64,000 bases of DNA from Waterburya sp. (GTDB lineage: Bacteria; Cyanobacteriota; Cyanobacteriia; Cyanobacteriales; Xenococcaceae). Below, one piece after another: positions 19,802 through 29,276 of this stretch. A model generated the notes under the pieces. It did no database searches, was not told the DNA's origin, and was given only the letters and a program-made list of their open reading frames with translations. The stretch spans positions 1,440,001-1,504,000 of the forward strand of contig CBDCJV010000002.1 of the NCBI GenBank assembly GCA_965217895.1, written 5' to 3'. Numbering within the stretch: the first letter of the stretch is position 1; each line of letters starts with the position of its first letter. A program made the translations under genes and the position numbers.

Positions 19802-19907
19802 CTTTAGGGTTAATCAGAATAGGCGATCGATCGCCTACTTATTATCTATCTTGACTAAAAATGACCAAACTATTAGAAATGGCGATCTCAAAACTACGGG
19901 AAGTGCG

Positions 19908-19934
19908 ATCGCTATGATATGTAAAGCGATCGCC
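19908..19934 (+). repeat. 27-bp direct repeat ending in HIP1, left copy
   Basis: atcgctatgatatgtaaagcgatcgcc; right copy at 20508-20534. Confidence 0.85.
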
Positions 19935-20019
19935 TAAAATTAAGTCAAGAGAAATATAAGTTTTAAAATAGTAATTAAAAGAGATTAGAACCAAGAACAA
20001 TGGAAGCGATCGCTTTAAT

Positions 20020-20238
20020 CTAAGAAGACACGGCAAATTTTCTTACTTCAGGTAATGCTTCACCTTCTTCTAAAGCAGATTCAATTAATAACTCCAATAC
20101 CTCTTCCGCGTTTTTTAGTGCTTCGGCATAAGTATCGCCATGAGTATGGCAAAATTCGCCCCATTCTGGAAGACTAGCTATAAAACAATTATCTTCGTCC
20201 GACCATTGAATAATAACGGTGTAGTTTGGATTTTTCAT
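20020..20238 (-). CDS. hicB: HicB family antitoxin (short form)
   Basis: YTVIIQWSDEDNCFIASLPE...THGDTYAEALKNAEEVL; directly downstream of hicA. Confidence 0.9.
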   Translation of the reverse strand: MKNPNYTVIIQWSDEDNCFIASLPEWGEFCHTHGDTYAEALKNAEEVLELLIESALEEGEALPEVRKFAVSS

Positions 20239-20244
20239 AAACTA

Positions 20245-20448
20245 TTACTTTATGTCTTTTAATCTTTTCAAAGCTTTCTCTACGTCTTTTTCTTGATACG
20301 GCTTCGCATCACTTCCATCTTTCCCAGATAACACTATTTTTCCCGATAATAAAAGATGCGACCATTTTGTATGACTTCCTTTCCCATTGCTTTCTTTAAA
20401 TCCTGCTTTACGCAATATGTTTTTTAATTCTCTAACTTTTTTGGGCAT
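20245..20448 (-). CDS. hicA: HicA family toxin
   Basis: MPKKVRELKNILRKAGF...GKGSH...DAKPYQEK. Confidence 0.9.
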   Translation of the reverse strand: MPKKVRELKNILRKAGFKESNGKGSHTKWSHLLLSGKIVLSGKDGSDAKPYQEKDVEKALKRLKDIK

Positions 20449-20507
20449 TTAGCAGATAGAACTTATTTTTTTATTTTAATAGCGCTCGGTCGGCTATGGG
20501 TCGCGTA

Positions 20508-20534
20508 ATCGCTATAATATGTAAAGCGATCGCC
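20508..20534 (+). repeat. 27-bp direct repeat ending in HIP1, right copy
   Basis: atcgctataatatgtaaagcgatcgcc (1 mismatch to the left copy). Confidence 0.85.
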
Positions 20535-20747
20535 ACCACATATAATACTAAAAGTGGATTGGATTATAAATTCAATTGTTAGTTAAATATCTGCTTATCA
20601 ACGGTTTGTTCTAGCTCTGGGAATGAAAGTAAAAATATTTAAGATTTGACCTGTGCGCGAGATAATTATTTATAGTCTTAACCTTCACTTCGACTGCTAT
20701 ACCAATGATTTTATCTGTTGTGGAGTAGGAGTTATGGATAAATATTT

Positions 20748-22475
20748 ATGATTAAACAACTATTTACTGTTAGACCTGGATTATCTCATAAATATTCTCG
20801 TTTCTGTTTAGCGATCGCCATTTTCTTTTCTCTTATTTATAGCTTAATGGCGTTGCAACAGGCTTTTAGCAGTTCCTATATTGTGCAGGATGATGCTAGA
20901 CAGCACGTATTTTGGATGCGTCGCTGGCTAGATCCAGAGTTATTTCCTAATGATTTGATTGCTAATTATTTTCAATCCGTTGCCCCGTTAGGCTATAAAC
21001 TAACCTATGCCATACCAGCAGCTTTTAAAATCGATCCTATAGTTACCAGCAAAATACTACCCAGCATTCTAGGAGTAATAACCACATATTATTGTTTTTC
21101 GCTAACTATGGAGCTACTACCAATTCCTTTTACAGGGTTTGTAGCTACTCTCTTGCTCAATCAAAATCTTTGGCTACAGGATGGCTTGATCTCTGGTACG
21201 CCTAAAGCTTTTGCTATTCCTTTATTATTGGCTTTTTTATATTATTATTTACGGCAATCTTTATCAGGAACAAGTCTTACGATTTTACTTTTAGGATTGT
21301 TTTATCCTTCTTTTGTATTTATCTGTTCGGGATTATTGATTAGCAAATTATGGCAGTTAAAATCTAGTTTTTTCAGTTATAAACCACAGCTATCAAAAGG
21401 CTTTTTATTTTGTTTTGTAGGTTTATTAGTAGCTTTTCTGGTGCTACTTCCCTACGTTATTGCCACTTCCGAATTTGCGCCTACAATTACCGTAGCTCAG
21501 GCTCATAGTCTTCCTGATTTTGCTCCAGGAGGACGTTCGGCTTTTTTCAACGATCGCAACCCCTTTGACTTTTGGATTGGTGGCAGTCGTAGCGGTTTAA
21601 GGCTTTCTTCTGCTTTTATGCCACCTTTAACTTATTTTGCCATCTTATTACCACTTATTCTAAAATTTAAGCAAGCTTTTTCTTTGGGGCAAAAAGTCAC
21701 TGCCAAGCTTAGAATTTTAACTGATTTAATCTTAGTTTCTTTAGTAATGTTTGGCATTGCTCACTTGCTATTGTTTAAACTACATTTACCCAGTCGCTAT
21801 ACTCAAAATTCCTTGAGAATAGTTGTGGCGATCGCAGCAAGCATTAGCCTGACAATTATTACTCATTTTTTATTTAAAGTAATTTTCAATCGTCTAGTTC
21901 AAACTCCTTTTTATCAAAGGTTATTAGCTCGACTAATCCTTTTCTTTTTAGGTATGTTGCTAGTAATTTATCCTCACCTTACTAACAACTTTGTTTGGAC
22001 ACAATATGTGCAGGGAAATGCAGTTGAGCTATACGAGTTTTTGCAGCAGCAGCCAAAGGATATCATGGTTGCTTCTCTCTCTTCTGAAGCGGACAATTTA
22101 CCTACCTTTGCTCAACGTTCAATTTTGGTAAGTCAAGAATACGCTATCCCTTATCACGCAGGCTATTATTTTCCCTTTCGGCAAAAGGTTATAGATTTAA
22201 TTAATGCCAGCTACAGTAGCGATCTTGCAGTAGTTAAACAGTTTATCCGCCAATACAAAATTGATTTCTGGCTACTCGAAGCAAATAGTTTTACACCAGA
22301 ATATATAGCCAACAATTCTTGGCTGCAACAACACCAACCCGCTGCCCAAAATGCGATCGTCTTTCTAAAACAAGGCAATACACCCGCATTACAAGCCTAT
22401 CAGGATAGCTGTTTAGTTCTCAAAACCCAGCAATTTGAGTTAATTTCTACTCAATGTATTTTGTCTGCAATTTGA
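20748..22475 (+). CDS. Polytopic membrane protein, possibly GT-C-like
   Basis: Many TM segments; QDDARQH acidic motif after TM1; PSRY; soluble C-terminal domain. Confidence 0.6.
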   Translation: MIKQLFTVRPGLSHKYSRFCLAIAIFFSLIYSLMALQQAFSSSYIVQDDARQHVFWMRRWLDPELFPNDLIANYFQSVAPLGYKLTYAIPAAFKIDPIVTSKILPSILGVITTYYCFSLTMELLPIPFTGFVATLLLNQNLWLQDGLISGTPKAFAIPLLLAFLYYYLRQSLSGTSLTILLLGLFYPSFVFICSGLLISKLWQLKSSFFSYKPQLSKGFLFCFVGLLVAFLVLLPYVIATSEFAPTITVAQAHSLPDFAPGGRSAFFNDRNPFDFWIGGSRSGLRLSSAFMPPLTYFAILLPLILKFKQAFSLGQKVTAKLRILTDLILVSLVMFGIAHLLLFKLHLPSRYTQNSLRIVVAIAASISLTIITHFLFKVIFNRLVQTPFYQRLLARLILFFLGMLLVIYPHLTNNFVWTQYVQGNAVELYEFLQQQPKDIMVASLSSEADNLPTFAQRSILVSQEYAIPYHAGYYFPFRQKVIDLINASYSSDLAVVKQFIRQYKIDFWLLEANSFTPEYIANNSWLQQHQPAAQNAIVFLKQGNTPALQAYQDSCLVLKTQQFELISTQCILSAI

Positions 22476-22517
22476 TTAAACACTAATAAATAGTTACTCT
22501 ATTTACGCCCACCTCTA

Positions 22518-23288
22518 CTAGTGCCGATTAATCATGGTTGCGCTGGATTGATCTGTAGCTAACACCAATACTTCACTCATATTGACGTTTGCTGGACGAG
22601 TGGCACAGAAAACCACAATTTCAGCAATATCATTAGGAGTCAGAGGATTCATTCCTTGGTATACTTTCTTGGCTTTCTCTGTATCTCCTCGAAACCGCAC
22701 CATGCTAAAATCGGTTTCTACCGTACCAGGATCGACGGAACTTACTCGAATGGGAGTTCCCAATAAATCCATCTTCAAGCCTTCTGATAAAGCTCTAACT
22801 GCTGCTTTGGTAGCACAATAAACATTGCCTCCAGGATAGGTTTGATGTCCTGCAATTGAGCCTATATTAATAATATGTCCTCGGTTTTGTTCCACCATTT
22901 TTGGTAAAAGCGATCGCGTTACGTATAATAGACCTTTGAGGTTAGTATCGATCATCTCTTCCCAGTTTTGAATATCTCCTGACTGAAGCTTTTCTAAACC
23001 ACGGCTCAATCCTGCATTATTGACTAAAATATCGACGTTACACCAAGGTTCGGGCAAAGATGCAAAAGCTGTTTTTACCGCATTGCGATCGCTGACATCT
23101 ACTTCTAATAAATGAATCCGAACATCGTAATCTGCTTTTATTTCGGTTGCTACTGCTTCGAGCTTTTCTTTCCTACGTGCAGCCAAAATTAACGATGCAC
23201 CTTCTTTGGCAAACTCTTTGGCACAAGCTGCGCCAATACCACTACTTGCCCCCGTAATTACAACTATTTGCTCTTGAATTGAAACCAT
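22518..23288 (-). CDS. SDR oxidoreductase (YdfG-like)
   Basis: TGASSGIG, NNAG, YCATK, DPGTVETDFS. Confidence 0.9.
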   Translation of the reverse strand: MVSIQEQIVVITGASSGIGAACAKEFAKEGASLILAARRKEKLEAVATEIKADYDVRIHLLEVDVSDRNAVKTAFASLPEPWCNVDILVNNAGLSRGLEKLQSGDIQNWEEMIDTNLKGLLYVTRSLLPKMVEQNRGHIINIGSIAGHQTYPGGNVYCATKAAVRALSEGLKMDLLGTPIRVSSVDPGTVETDFSMVRFRGDTEKAKKVYQGMNPLTPNDIAEIVVFCATRPANVNMSEVLVLATDQSSATMINRH

Positions 23289-23482
23289 ATTTGTTATTTA
23301 TCTAAAAATGCAGCATCTTTTAGAGTATATTTTTTTGGAGGATTAATAACAAACCAAAGCGAAAAAGCTGCGCCAGTGCTGCGAAAAGCCAGCTAACTAG
23401 TATTAGCTTGTAATCAAAAACACTATTTACTGAAGTTGTCCAATGTCATACTAATTTAATTAAATTTGCCATTAGATTAACC

Positions 23483-23824
23483 ATGCTCAAATCCATCGTG
23501 CTGTTAGCTATTTCCAATATCTTTATGTGTTTTGCATGGTATGAACATTTAAAAGATTTCAAAACCTCTCCTCTGTGGGTAGCTATTGGGGTTAGCTGGT
23601 CGATCGCTTTCTTGGAATATTGTTTTCAAGTTCCTGCTAATCGTTTGGGTAATCAATACTTTAGTTTGCCACAGCTCAAGGTTTTACAAGAAGTTATTAC
23701 CATGATAGTGTTTGCAGGATTTAGCGTCAGCTATATGAAAGTCCCCGTGACTCGTAACTATTTCTTCGCTGCGATGCTACTTGCAGGGGCTGCATATCTC
23801 ATCTTTAGCGAGACAAAAGCGTAA
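23483..23824 (+). CDS. DMT family small membrane protein (DUF486-like)
   Basis: SNIFMCFAWY, SWSIAFLEYCFQVPANRLG, QLKVLQEVIT. Confidence 0.85.
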   Translation: MLKSIVLLAISNIFMCFAWYEHLKDFKTSPLWVAIGVSWSIAFLEYCFQVPANRLGNQYFSLPQLKVLQEVITMIVFAGFSVSYMKVPVTRNYFFAAMLLAGAAYLIFSETKA

Positions 23825-24033
23825 TCACTAAACTACTTGCACCGAATCATAATGAACTAGCTTCTCCTTAAGATATAAGGTTCAAGAGCAAAAAAGTTAA
23901 TCTTGTAACAATTTCGTCTTTGATTCCATCTCAAATATCCCCCAAAACTTGAGAGTTATGATAGTCATTAGTTTATTTGTCTCGTTGTATGTAGACTTTA
24001 AAAACCAGACTGTCATTAAAAATTCATTTCTTT

Positions 24034-24176
24034 GTCACAGGAAAGCCATAACCTTTATGTAAGTTATACATTGTCAGTCCTACATATGATTTCACTCATA
24101 AGCTCCTTCAGGCTTTTTAGGACTGACCAACGGTCACAGCAGGCTCCGTTCGTTTAGGGCGGAGTAATCTGTGACT
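24034..24176 (-). other. Structured intergenic element, AGTCACAGATTAC family, copy 2
   Basis: Minus strand: agtcacagattac-tccgccctaaacgaacgga-gcctgctgtgac; a 10-bp stem 24073-24082/24118-24127; ends ttcctgtgac. Confidence 0.55.
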
Positions 24177-24272
24177 TTACTATTTTATTTAGTTTATAAT
24201 GCGGATTTTCTAAGTGCGATCGCCATTATCAAGACGCATCTACTCTACAGAGTGCGGGTAATTTGATAACAC

Positions 24273-25586
24273 TTATTTTTCTGCATGAACATAATCTACA
24301 AAGTAAAACTTAGGTTGCAGCCAATACCTCAGCCAACTCCAAACACCTAAACCTGATAGAGCAATAATCATTAGCGGTAAACCAAAGCTATTCCTAAGCT
24401 CATCATTCATTACCGCCACCGAAGAAATAGTCAGGACAAAATTAATAATTAGAATGACTTGCAGGCGTTGAATATTTTTTAGAGCTTGGCGACAGCTACT
24501 ACAGTGTTGAGTATGTTGGCTGTAGCGATCTAATAGCTTGTTGCGATCAATATTGATAGGCGCAACAGCAGTTGTTTCTAATTCTACCTGCTGCCAAGGC
24601 AAATTCCCCTGGCAATAGCGATCGAACCAGCGACGAAACTCAATTACTAAACGATCTGCGCTGGTGGGTAGTTTATATGCTTCTTGCCAACTACCACGCT
24701 GTTGTAATAAATGCTCTTGTAAACTTAAGAGAATCATATCCCCATCTAGGACTGGATTGCGTACCTTAATGTGTTCCCACCAGCGAGGTGTGAGACGCTG
24801 AATGTTTTGAGCAAAATTGCGGCTAAATTGGGCAACGATTCGAGATTTACCAGGAGCAACAGGGATAGAGTAAGTAATTAAACCTATCTGCTTTTCTGCA
24901 CCAAAAGATATAGCATATTCCAAGCGACAGGGTGGTTCAAAAGTAATAGTAGTTTTAAAAGGTGTACCTGTAGTTGCTTCAATTAAATCTGATCTAGACT
25001 GAGTAATTGTGAGGGGTAAGGGTTTAGCATTTTCCCTATTTCCCTGCACCCCATGATGAGCAAACGGTACATGACTAGGATCGGCAACGTTTTCAACTAA
25101 AGTTTGCCAATCGTATGCTAAATCGCGCACAAAAGAAGACCAGACGAAGCCTTTCTCAGCGTCGATCTGAGGAGATAAGGGTAATGGAGTCTTAGCTGCA
25201 ATATCTGGCGATTCGGCATCCATCCATACCCATAATAAATCATTAGCTTGGCACGCAGGAAAAACAGTAGCGCATAGTTGTTTATTATCGATTACTTGCT
25301 GATTATCCGCTTGAGGTATGCGAGTACAGTTTCCCTGATTATCAAATTGCCAACCATGATAGCTACACATGATACTCCCCGTATCTTCGTCTATTTTGCC
25401 CTCGCTAAGAGGTGCTAGCCGATGAGGACAGCGATCTAAAAATACTTGATAACTATCAGCATTTTGAGGTTTCCAGATAACTAGTTGAGTTTCTAATACA
25501 GTTACTGTAGTTGGTACTTGGGGATTTAAATCTTCAATGGGAGAAAGAGGATACCATTGTTGCCAAAAATTAAACTCTGTTTTCAT
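24273..25586 (-). CDS. Rieske non-heme iron oxygenase, pheophorbide a oxygenase (PaO) family
   Basis: CPHRLAPLSEG...CSYHGW Rieske motif, ENVADPSHVPFAH, HTQHCSSC. Confidence 0.9.
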   Translation of the reverse strand: MKTEFNFWQQWYPLSPIEDLNPQVPTTVTVLETQLVIWKPQNADSYQVFLDRCPHRLAPLSEGKIDEDTGSIMCSYHGWQFDNQGNCTRIPQADNQQVIDNKQLCATVFPACQANDLLWVWMDAESPDIAAKTPLPLSPQIDAEKGFVWSSFVRDLAYDWQTLVENVADPSHVPFAHHGVQGNRENAKPLPLTITQSRSDLIEATTGTPFKTTITFEPPCRLEYAISFGAEKQIGLITYSIPVAPGKSRIVAQFSRNFAQNIQRLTPRWWEHIKVRNPVLDGDMILLSLQEHLLQQRGSWQEAYKLPTSADRLVIEFRRWFDRYCQGNLPWQQVELETTAVAPINIDRNKLLDRYSQHTQHCSSCRQALKNIQRLQVILIINFVLTISSVAVMNDELRNSFGLPLMIIALSGLGVWSWLRYWLQPKFYFVDYVHAEK

Positions 25587-25614
25587 TTATCAATTACCAT
25601 TTACCATTAAACAA

Positions 25615-28569
25615 TTACTTTGCTTCCATCCAATTTTTTCCTGCACTGATATCTACTGCGAGAGGAATACTAAGCTTTACAGCATCTTCCATCGTTGACT
25701 TAATTATTGGCTGTAGTTCTGACCATTCTTCGGGGGGTACTTCTAAAACTAGTTCGTCATGTACCTGAAGCAATAACCGCGCCTGATAATCTTGCAGAAT
25801 GCGATCGAGTTCGATCATAGCAATTTTGATGATATCTGCACTTGAACCTTGAATCGGCGAGTTAGCTGCTGCGCGTAAGGTTTGCACATCGATATAGCTC
25901 ATGTTGAGGCTGTCGAGAGCGATCGCATCTGGCGAAATTCCTTTTAATTCTTTAAGGCGATCGCTAATTAAATTGATATAGCGTCTTCTACCTAAAATAG
26001 TATTAACATAGCCCAAAGAAATAGCTTGTTTTTTTACGCCTTCTAAGTATTTAAATACCTGGGCATATTCCTGACGGTATTTATCAATAAACTGTTTGCC
26101 TATTTCGACTTTAAAACCTGACTCTCTTGAGAATCTTTGCGCTCCCATGCCGTAGATAACGCCAAAGTTAATTATCTTACCTAAACGTCTTTCTTCTGAG
26201 GTGATCTTATCTTTTTCAAATAATAGTTTAGCAGTGACGCTATGGACATCTCGATTCTGACGGTAGGCATCAATTAACACTGGCTCTTGACTAAGGTGAG
26301 CTAAAATTCTTAACTCTATTTGCGAATAATCTGCTGCTACTAAAAGCCAACCCTCTTGAGGAATAAAAGCCTGGCGAATTTGGCGGGAAAATTCAGTGCG
26401 AATAGGAATATTTTGCAGATTGGGATTAGAAGAAGATAATCTGCCTGTAGCAACTACCGTTTGATTAAAGTCACTGTGTAACCTGTGGGTAGACTTTCTG
26501 ACTAAAGTAGGTAAAGCATCAACGTAGGTAGATTTTAGTTTTGCTAAAGTTCGATATTCCAGCATATTGTCAATTACAGGATGGTCGCCCTTGAGTTTTT
26601 CAAGTACTGCTTGATTAGTGGAATAACCTGTTTTAGTTTTACGCGATTTTTTGCGGTCTAGCTCTAGCTTATCAAACAAAATTACGCTTAACTGTTTGGG
26701 AGAACCTAAGTTAAATTCTTCTCCCGCTGCTTGATAAGTTTCTTGTTCAAGTTTTTGCAGATCTCGATCTAGTTTTTGAGCAAACTTATGCAGATATTTA
26801 GTATCTAAATTTATTCCCGTATTTTCCATCTTTGCTAATACAGGCTCTAATGGTTGCTCTACTTCCAATAGCAATTTATTGAGTTCAGGACAATTAGCTA
26901 ATTCTGCCTTCAGCTTACCCACTAAATAATAGGTAGCATAACAATCTAGTCCGCAATAATCTGCTACAACTTCGATATCCAAGTCAGCAATAGTTTTGCC
27001 TTTAGGTATACCTAAATCTTTATAGCTTTTAGCAGCAATTTCTAATCCGTAACGCTCGGATAAATCTCCTAGGTTATGAGTCATTTCGGGATTGATTACA
27101 TAACTAGCAAGCATAGTATCAAAAACTACTCCTGCCAAGTTAATTCCTTGATGATGTAAAACTTGGCGATCAAATTTAGCATTTTGCAGAGCTTTAGGAT
27201 ATTTATCACTTTCTAAGATTGGCTTTAAAGCAGACAAAACTAATTCTTTATTTAACTGATTTCCTGCTGTATGAGATAGGGGAATATAGGCAATATCTGT
27301 GTCTTTATCTCCCCAACAGCAGCCAATACCAACTAAGTTTGCCAAATGAGTTTCTAAGGAAGTAGTTTCGGTATCCCAGGCAATAGGTTTTTCAGGATCA
27401 CTATGTTTTTTTAAAGTCTCAACTAACTGTTTTAATTTTACTTCCGTATCAATAATTTGAGTGTTTAGCTGCGGTTTAAATAGCTCTACATCTTCTATCT
27501 CTAGATCATTTTCAATCTCAGACTTATCGGCAAACAAAGATAGTTGACCATTATTATCTAAAGTTTGTTTCTTTATTTGAGGCTGAACTTCAATGGCTTC
27601 TATTTCTGCTTCACCACCAAGTTTTAGCTGTAATTTATTTAAATTATCAATAACTTTCTTTAGCTCTAGTTCTTTGAGTTTAGGTAATACAAGATTTGAA
27701 TCAAAACCAACCAACTTACAGTTATTCAAATCTACTTCAATAGGAGAGTTCAAATGTATTTGTGCCATAAATTGAGAGTGAATTGCATCTTCTTTTCCTG
27801 TTGCTAATTTATTTCTAGTTGCTCCTTTAATTTTATCTATATTGTCATAAACTTCCTCTAGAGTTGGATACTCACTTAAAAGTTTGACTGCCGTTTTCTC
27901 ACCAATTCCCTTAACCCCAGGAATACAGTCAGACTTGTCACCACAAAGAGCTTTAAAATCTACAATTTGTTCGGGTGTAACTCCCATCTTCTCAATTACC
28001 ATCCCTCGATCAAACTCAGTGTAACTATGAGCCGTTTTCTTAAAGGTTTGGTTGTGCAAATATAAAACGCTAATTGCACGCTCATCATCCACTAACTGAA
28101 ACAAATCACGATCGCCACTAACAATTTTGACCCGATACCCTTCTGCACTTGCTCTAGTGGCAATTGTACCTAATACATCATCTGCTTCGTATCCTGGTGC
28201 TGTGGTAATGGTGAGATTAAATGCAGTTAATAGCTCCTGTAAATTTAAGATATCAGGGATAAAGTCTGCTGGAGTTTCTAAGCGATCGCTTTTGTAGTTT
28301 ACATCAGCTTCATGGCGAAATGTGGGCTGCGCTAAGTCAAAGGCGATCGCCATAAATTGCGGAGATTCTGTTTCTAATACCTGCAATAAAGAATTAATAA
28401 ATCCAAAACAAATGCTGGTGGGAATTCCCGTTGAAGTCATCAAAGGACCCCGCCGAGAATTACTCAGAGCATAATAAGCACGAAAGGCTAAAGAGTGACC
28501 ATCGATCAGAATTAATAGAGGTTTTGTATTATTTGAAGTGGCAGAACTAGTTACAACAGCAGAGGACAT
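25615..28569 (-). CDS. polA: DNA polymerase I
   Basis: DGHSLAFRAY 5'-3' exonuclease, DTETT 3'-5' exonuclease domain, TGRLSS, DYSQIELRILAH, QVHDE. Confidence 0.98.
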   Translation of the reverse strand: MSSAVVTSSATSNNTKPLLILIDGHSLAFRAYYALSNSRRGPLMTSTGIPTSICFGFINSLLQVLETESPQFMAIAFDLAQPTFRHEADVNYKSDRLETPADFIPDILNLQELLTAFNLTITTAPGYEADDVLGTIATRASAEGYRVKIVSGDRDLFQLVDDERAISVLYLHNQTFKKTAHSYTEFDRGMVIEKMGVTPEQIVDFKALCGDKSDCIPGVKGIGEKTAVKLLSEYPTLEEVYDNIDKIKGATRNKLATGKEDAIHSQFMAQIHLNSPIEVDLNNCKLVGFDSNLVLPKLKELELKKVIDNLNKLQLKLGGEAEIEAIEVQPQIKKQTLDNNGQLSLFADKSEIENDLEIEDVELFKPQLNTQIIDTEVKLKQLVETLKKHSDPEKPIAWDTETTSLETHLANLVGIGCCWGDKDTDIAYIPLSHTAGNQLNKELVLSALKPILESDKYPKALQNAKFDRQVLHHQGINLAGVVFDTMLASYVINPEMTHNLGDLSERYGLEIAAKSYKDLGIPKGKTIADLDIEVVADYCGLDCYATYYLVGKLKAELANCPELNKLLLEVEQPLEPVLAKMENTGINLDTKYLHKFAQKLDRDLQKLEQETYQAAGEEFNLGSPKQLSVILFDKLELDRKKSRKTKTGYSTNQAVLEKLKGDHPVIDNMLEYRTLAKLKSTYVDALPTLVRKSTHRLHSDFNQTVVATGRLSSSNPNLQNIPIRTEFSRQIRQAFIPQEGWLLVAADYSQIELRILAHLSQEPVLIDAYRQNRDVHSVTAKLLFEKDKITSEERRLGKIINFGVIYGMGAQRFSRESGFKVEIGKQFIDKYRQEYAQVFKYLEGVKKQAISLGYVNTILGRRRYINLISDRLKELKGISPDAIALDSLNMSYIDVQTLRAAANSPIQGSSADIIKIAMIELDRILQDYQARLLLQVHDELVLEVPPEEWSELQPIIKSTMEDAVKLSIPLAVDISAGKNWMEAK

Positions 28570-29276
28570 AATGTTTATGTTTATTTAGCGAAGAAAGTGA
28601 ATCAAAATTAAGACAATGTTGCAGTTTTTTGAATACTGTAAACATTGGTAAACACATCTTGTTCTAGACAATTAATGATGTTAGGTTATGGACAGGTACA
28701 AAGAAGCACACCAATCTTCTTTTCAAGGCAGATTCTAGCAAGTACCTCCCGCTAAGAATCTACACGATAACTTTCAATTAGATCTTAGGTAAATTATAGG
28801 TGAATTGTTTATAGTTATTATGCCGTTCTATCAGGGCAAATAGCAGAATGAAAATTCACACTCTTGACCAGAATTGGTTTTTATCAAGTCTAACCATTAA
28901 CATTAGTTATTGTGCAATATTGTATAACTCTAGTTAGATATTTTTGAACACTACACTATTAAATTTAACTCGACAAAATACTTCATTGGGAAGTCTGACT
29001 AAATTTGCTAAAAGACATGAGAGAGGATATTTTTAAAGGCTATTTCATGATGTAATAATGTCTTTAAAGTTAAACATAAGGAGGTTTATCCGACGCTAGC
29101 CATATCCTCTCCACCCATCTAATTTATCAGAAACAATAATTGCGTCTTATGGCTATAGGTGTCATAAGCGTTTTTTAGTATGTATAGCATTACGCATTAA
29201 AATTAGGACATTTTATAGAAACCAGGAAAAAAACTCTCCATTTCTCTCTGAGGTAAAACTGCTCTAACTGCCTCAA

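Noticed and set aside
19842..20036. 64-aa ORF downstream of hicB
   Set aside because: Runs through HIP1-rich rearranged DNA; no protein features
25615..28569. Intein or intron in polA
   Set aside because: Normal length and no splicing motifs; the short insert near the C-terminus is of the kind usual in cyanobacterial PolA
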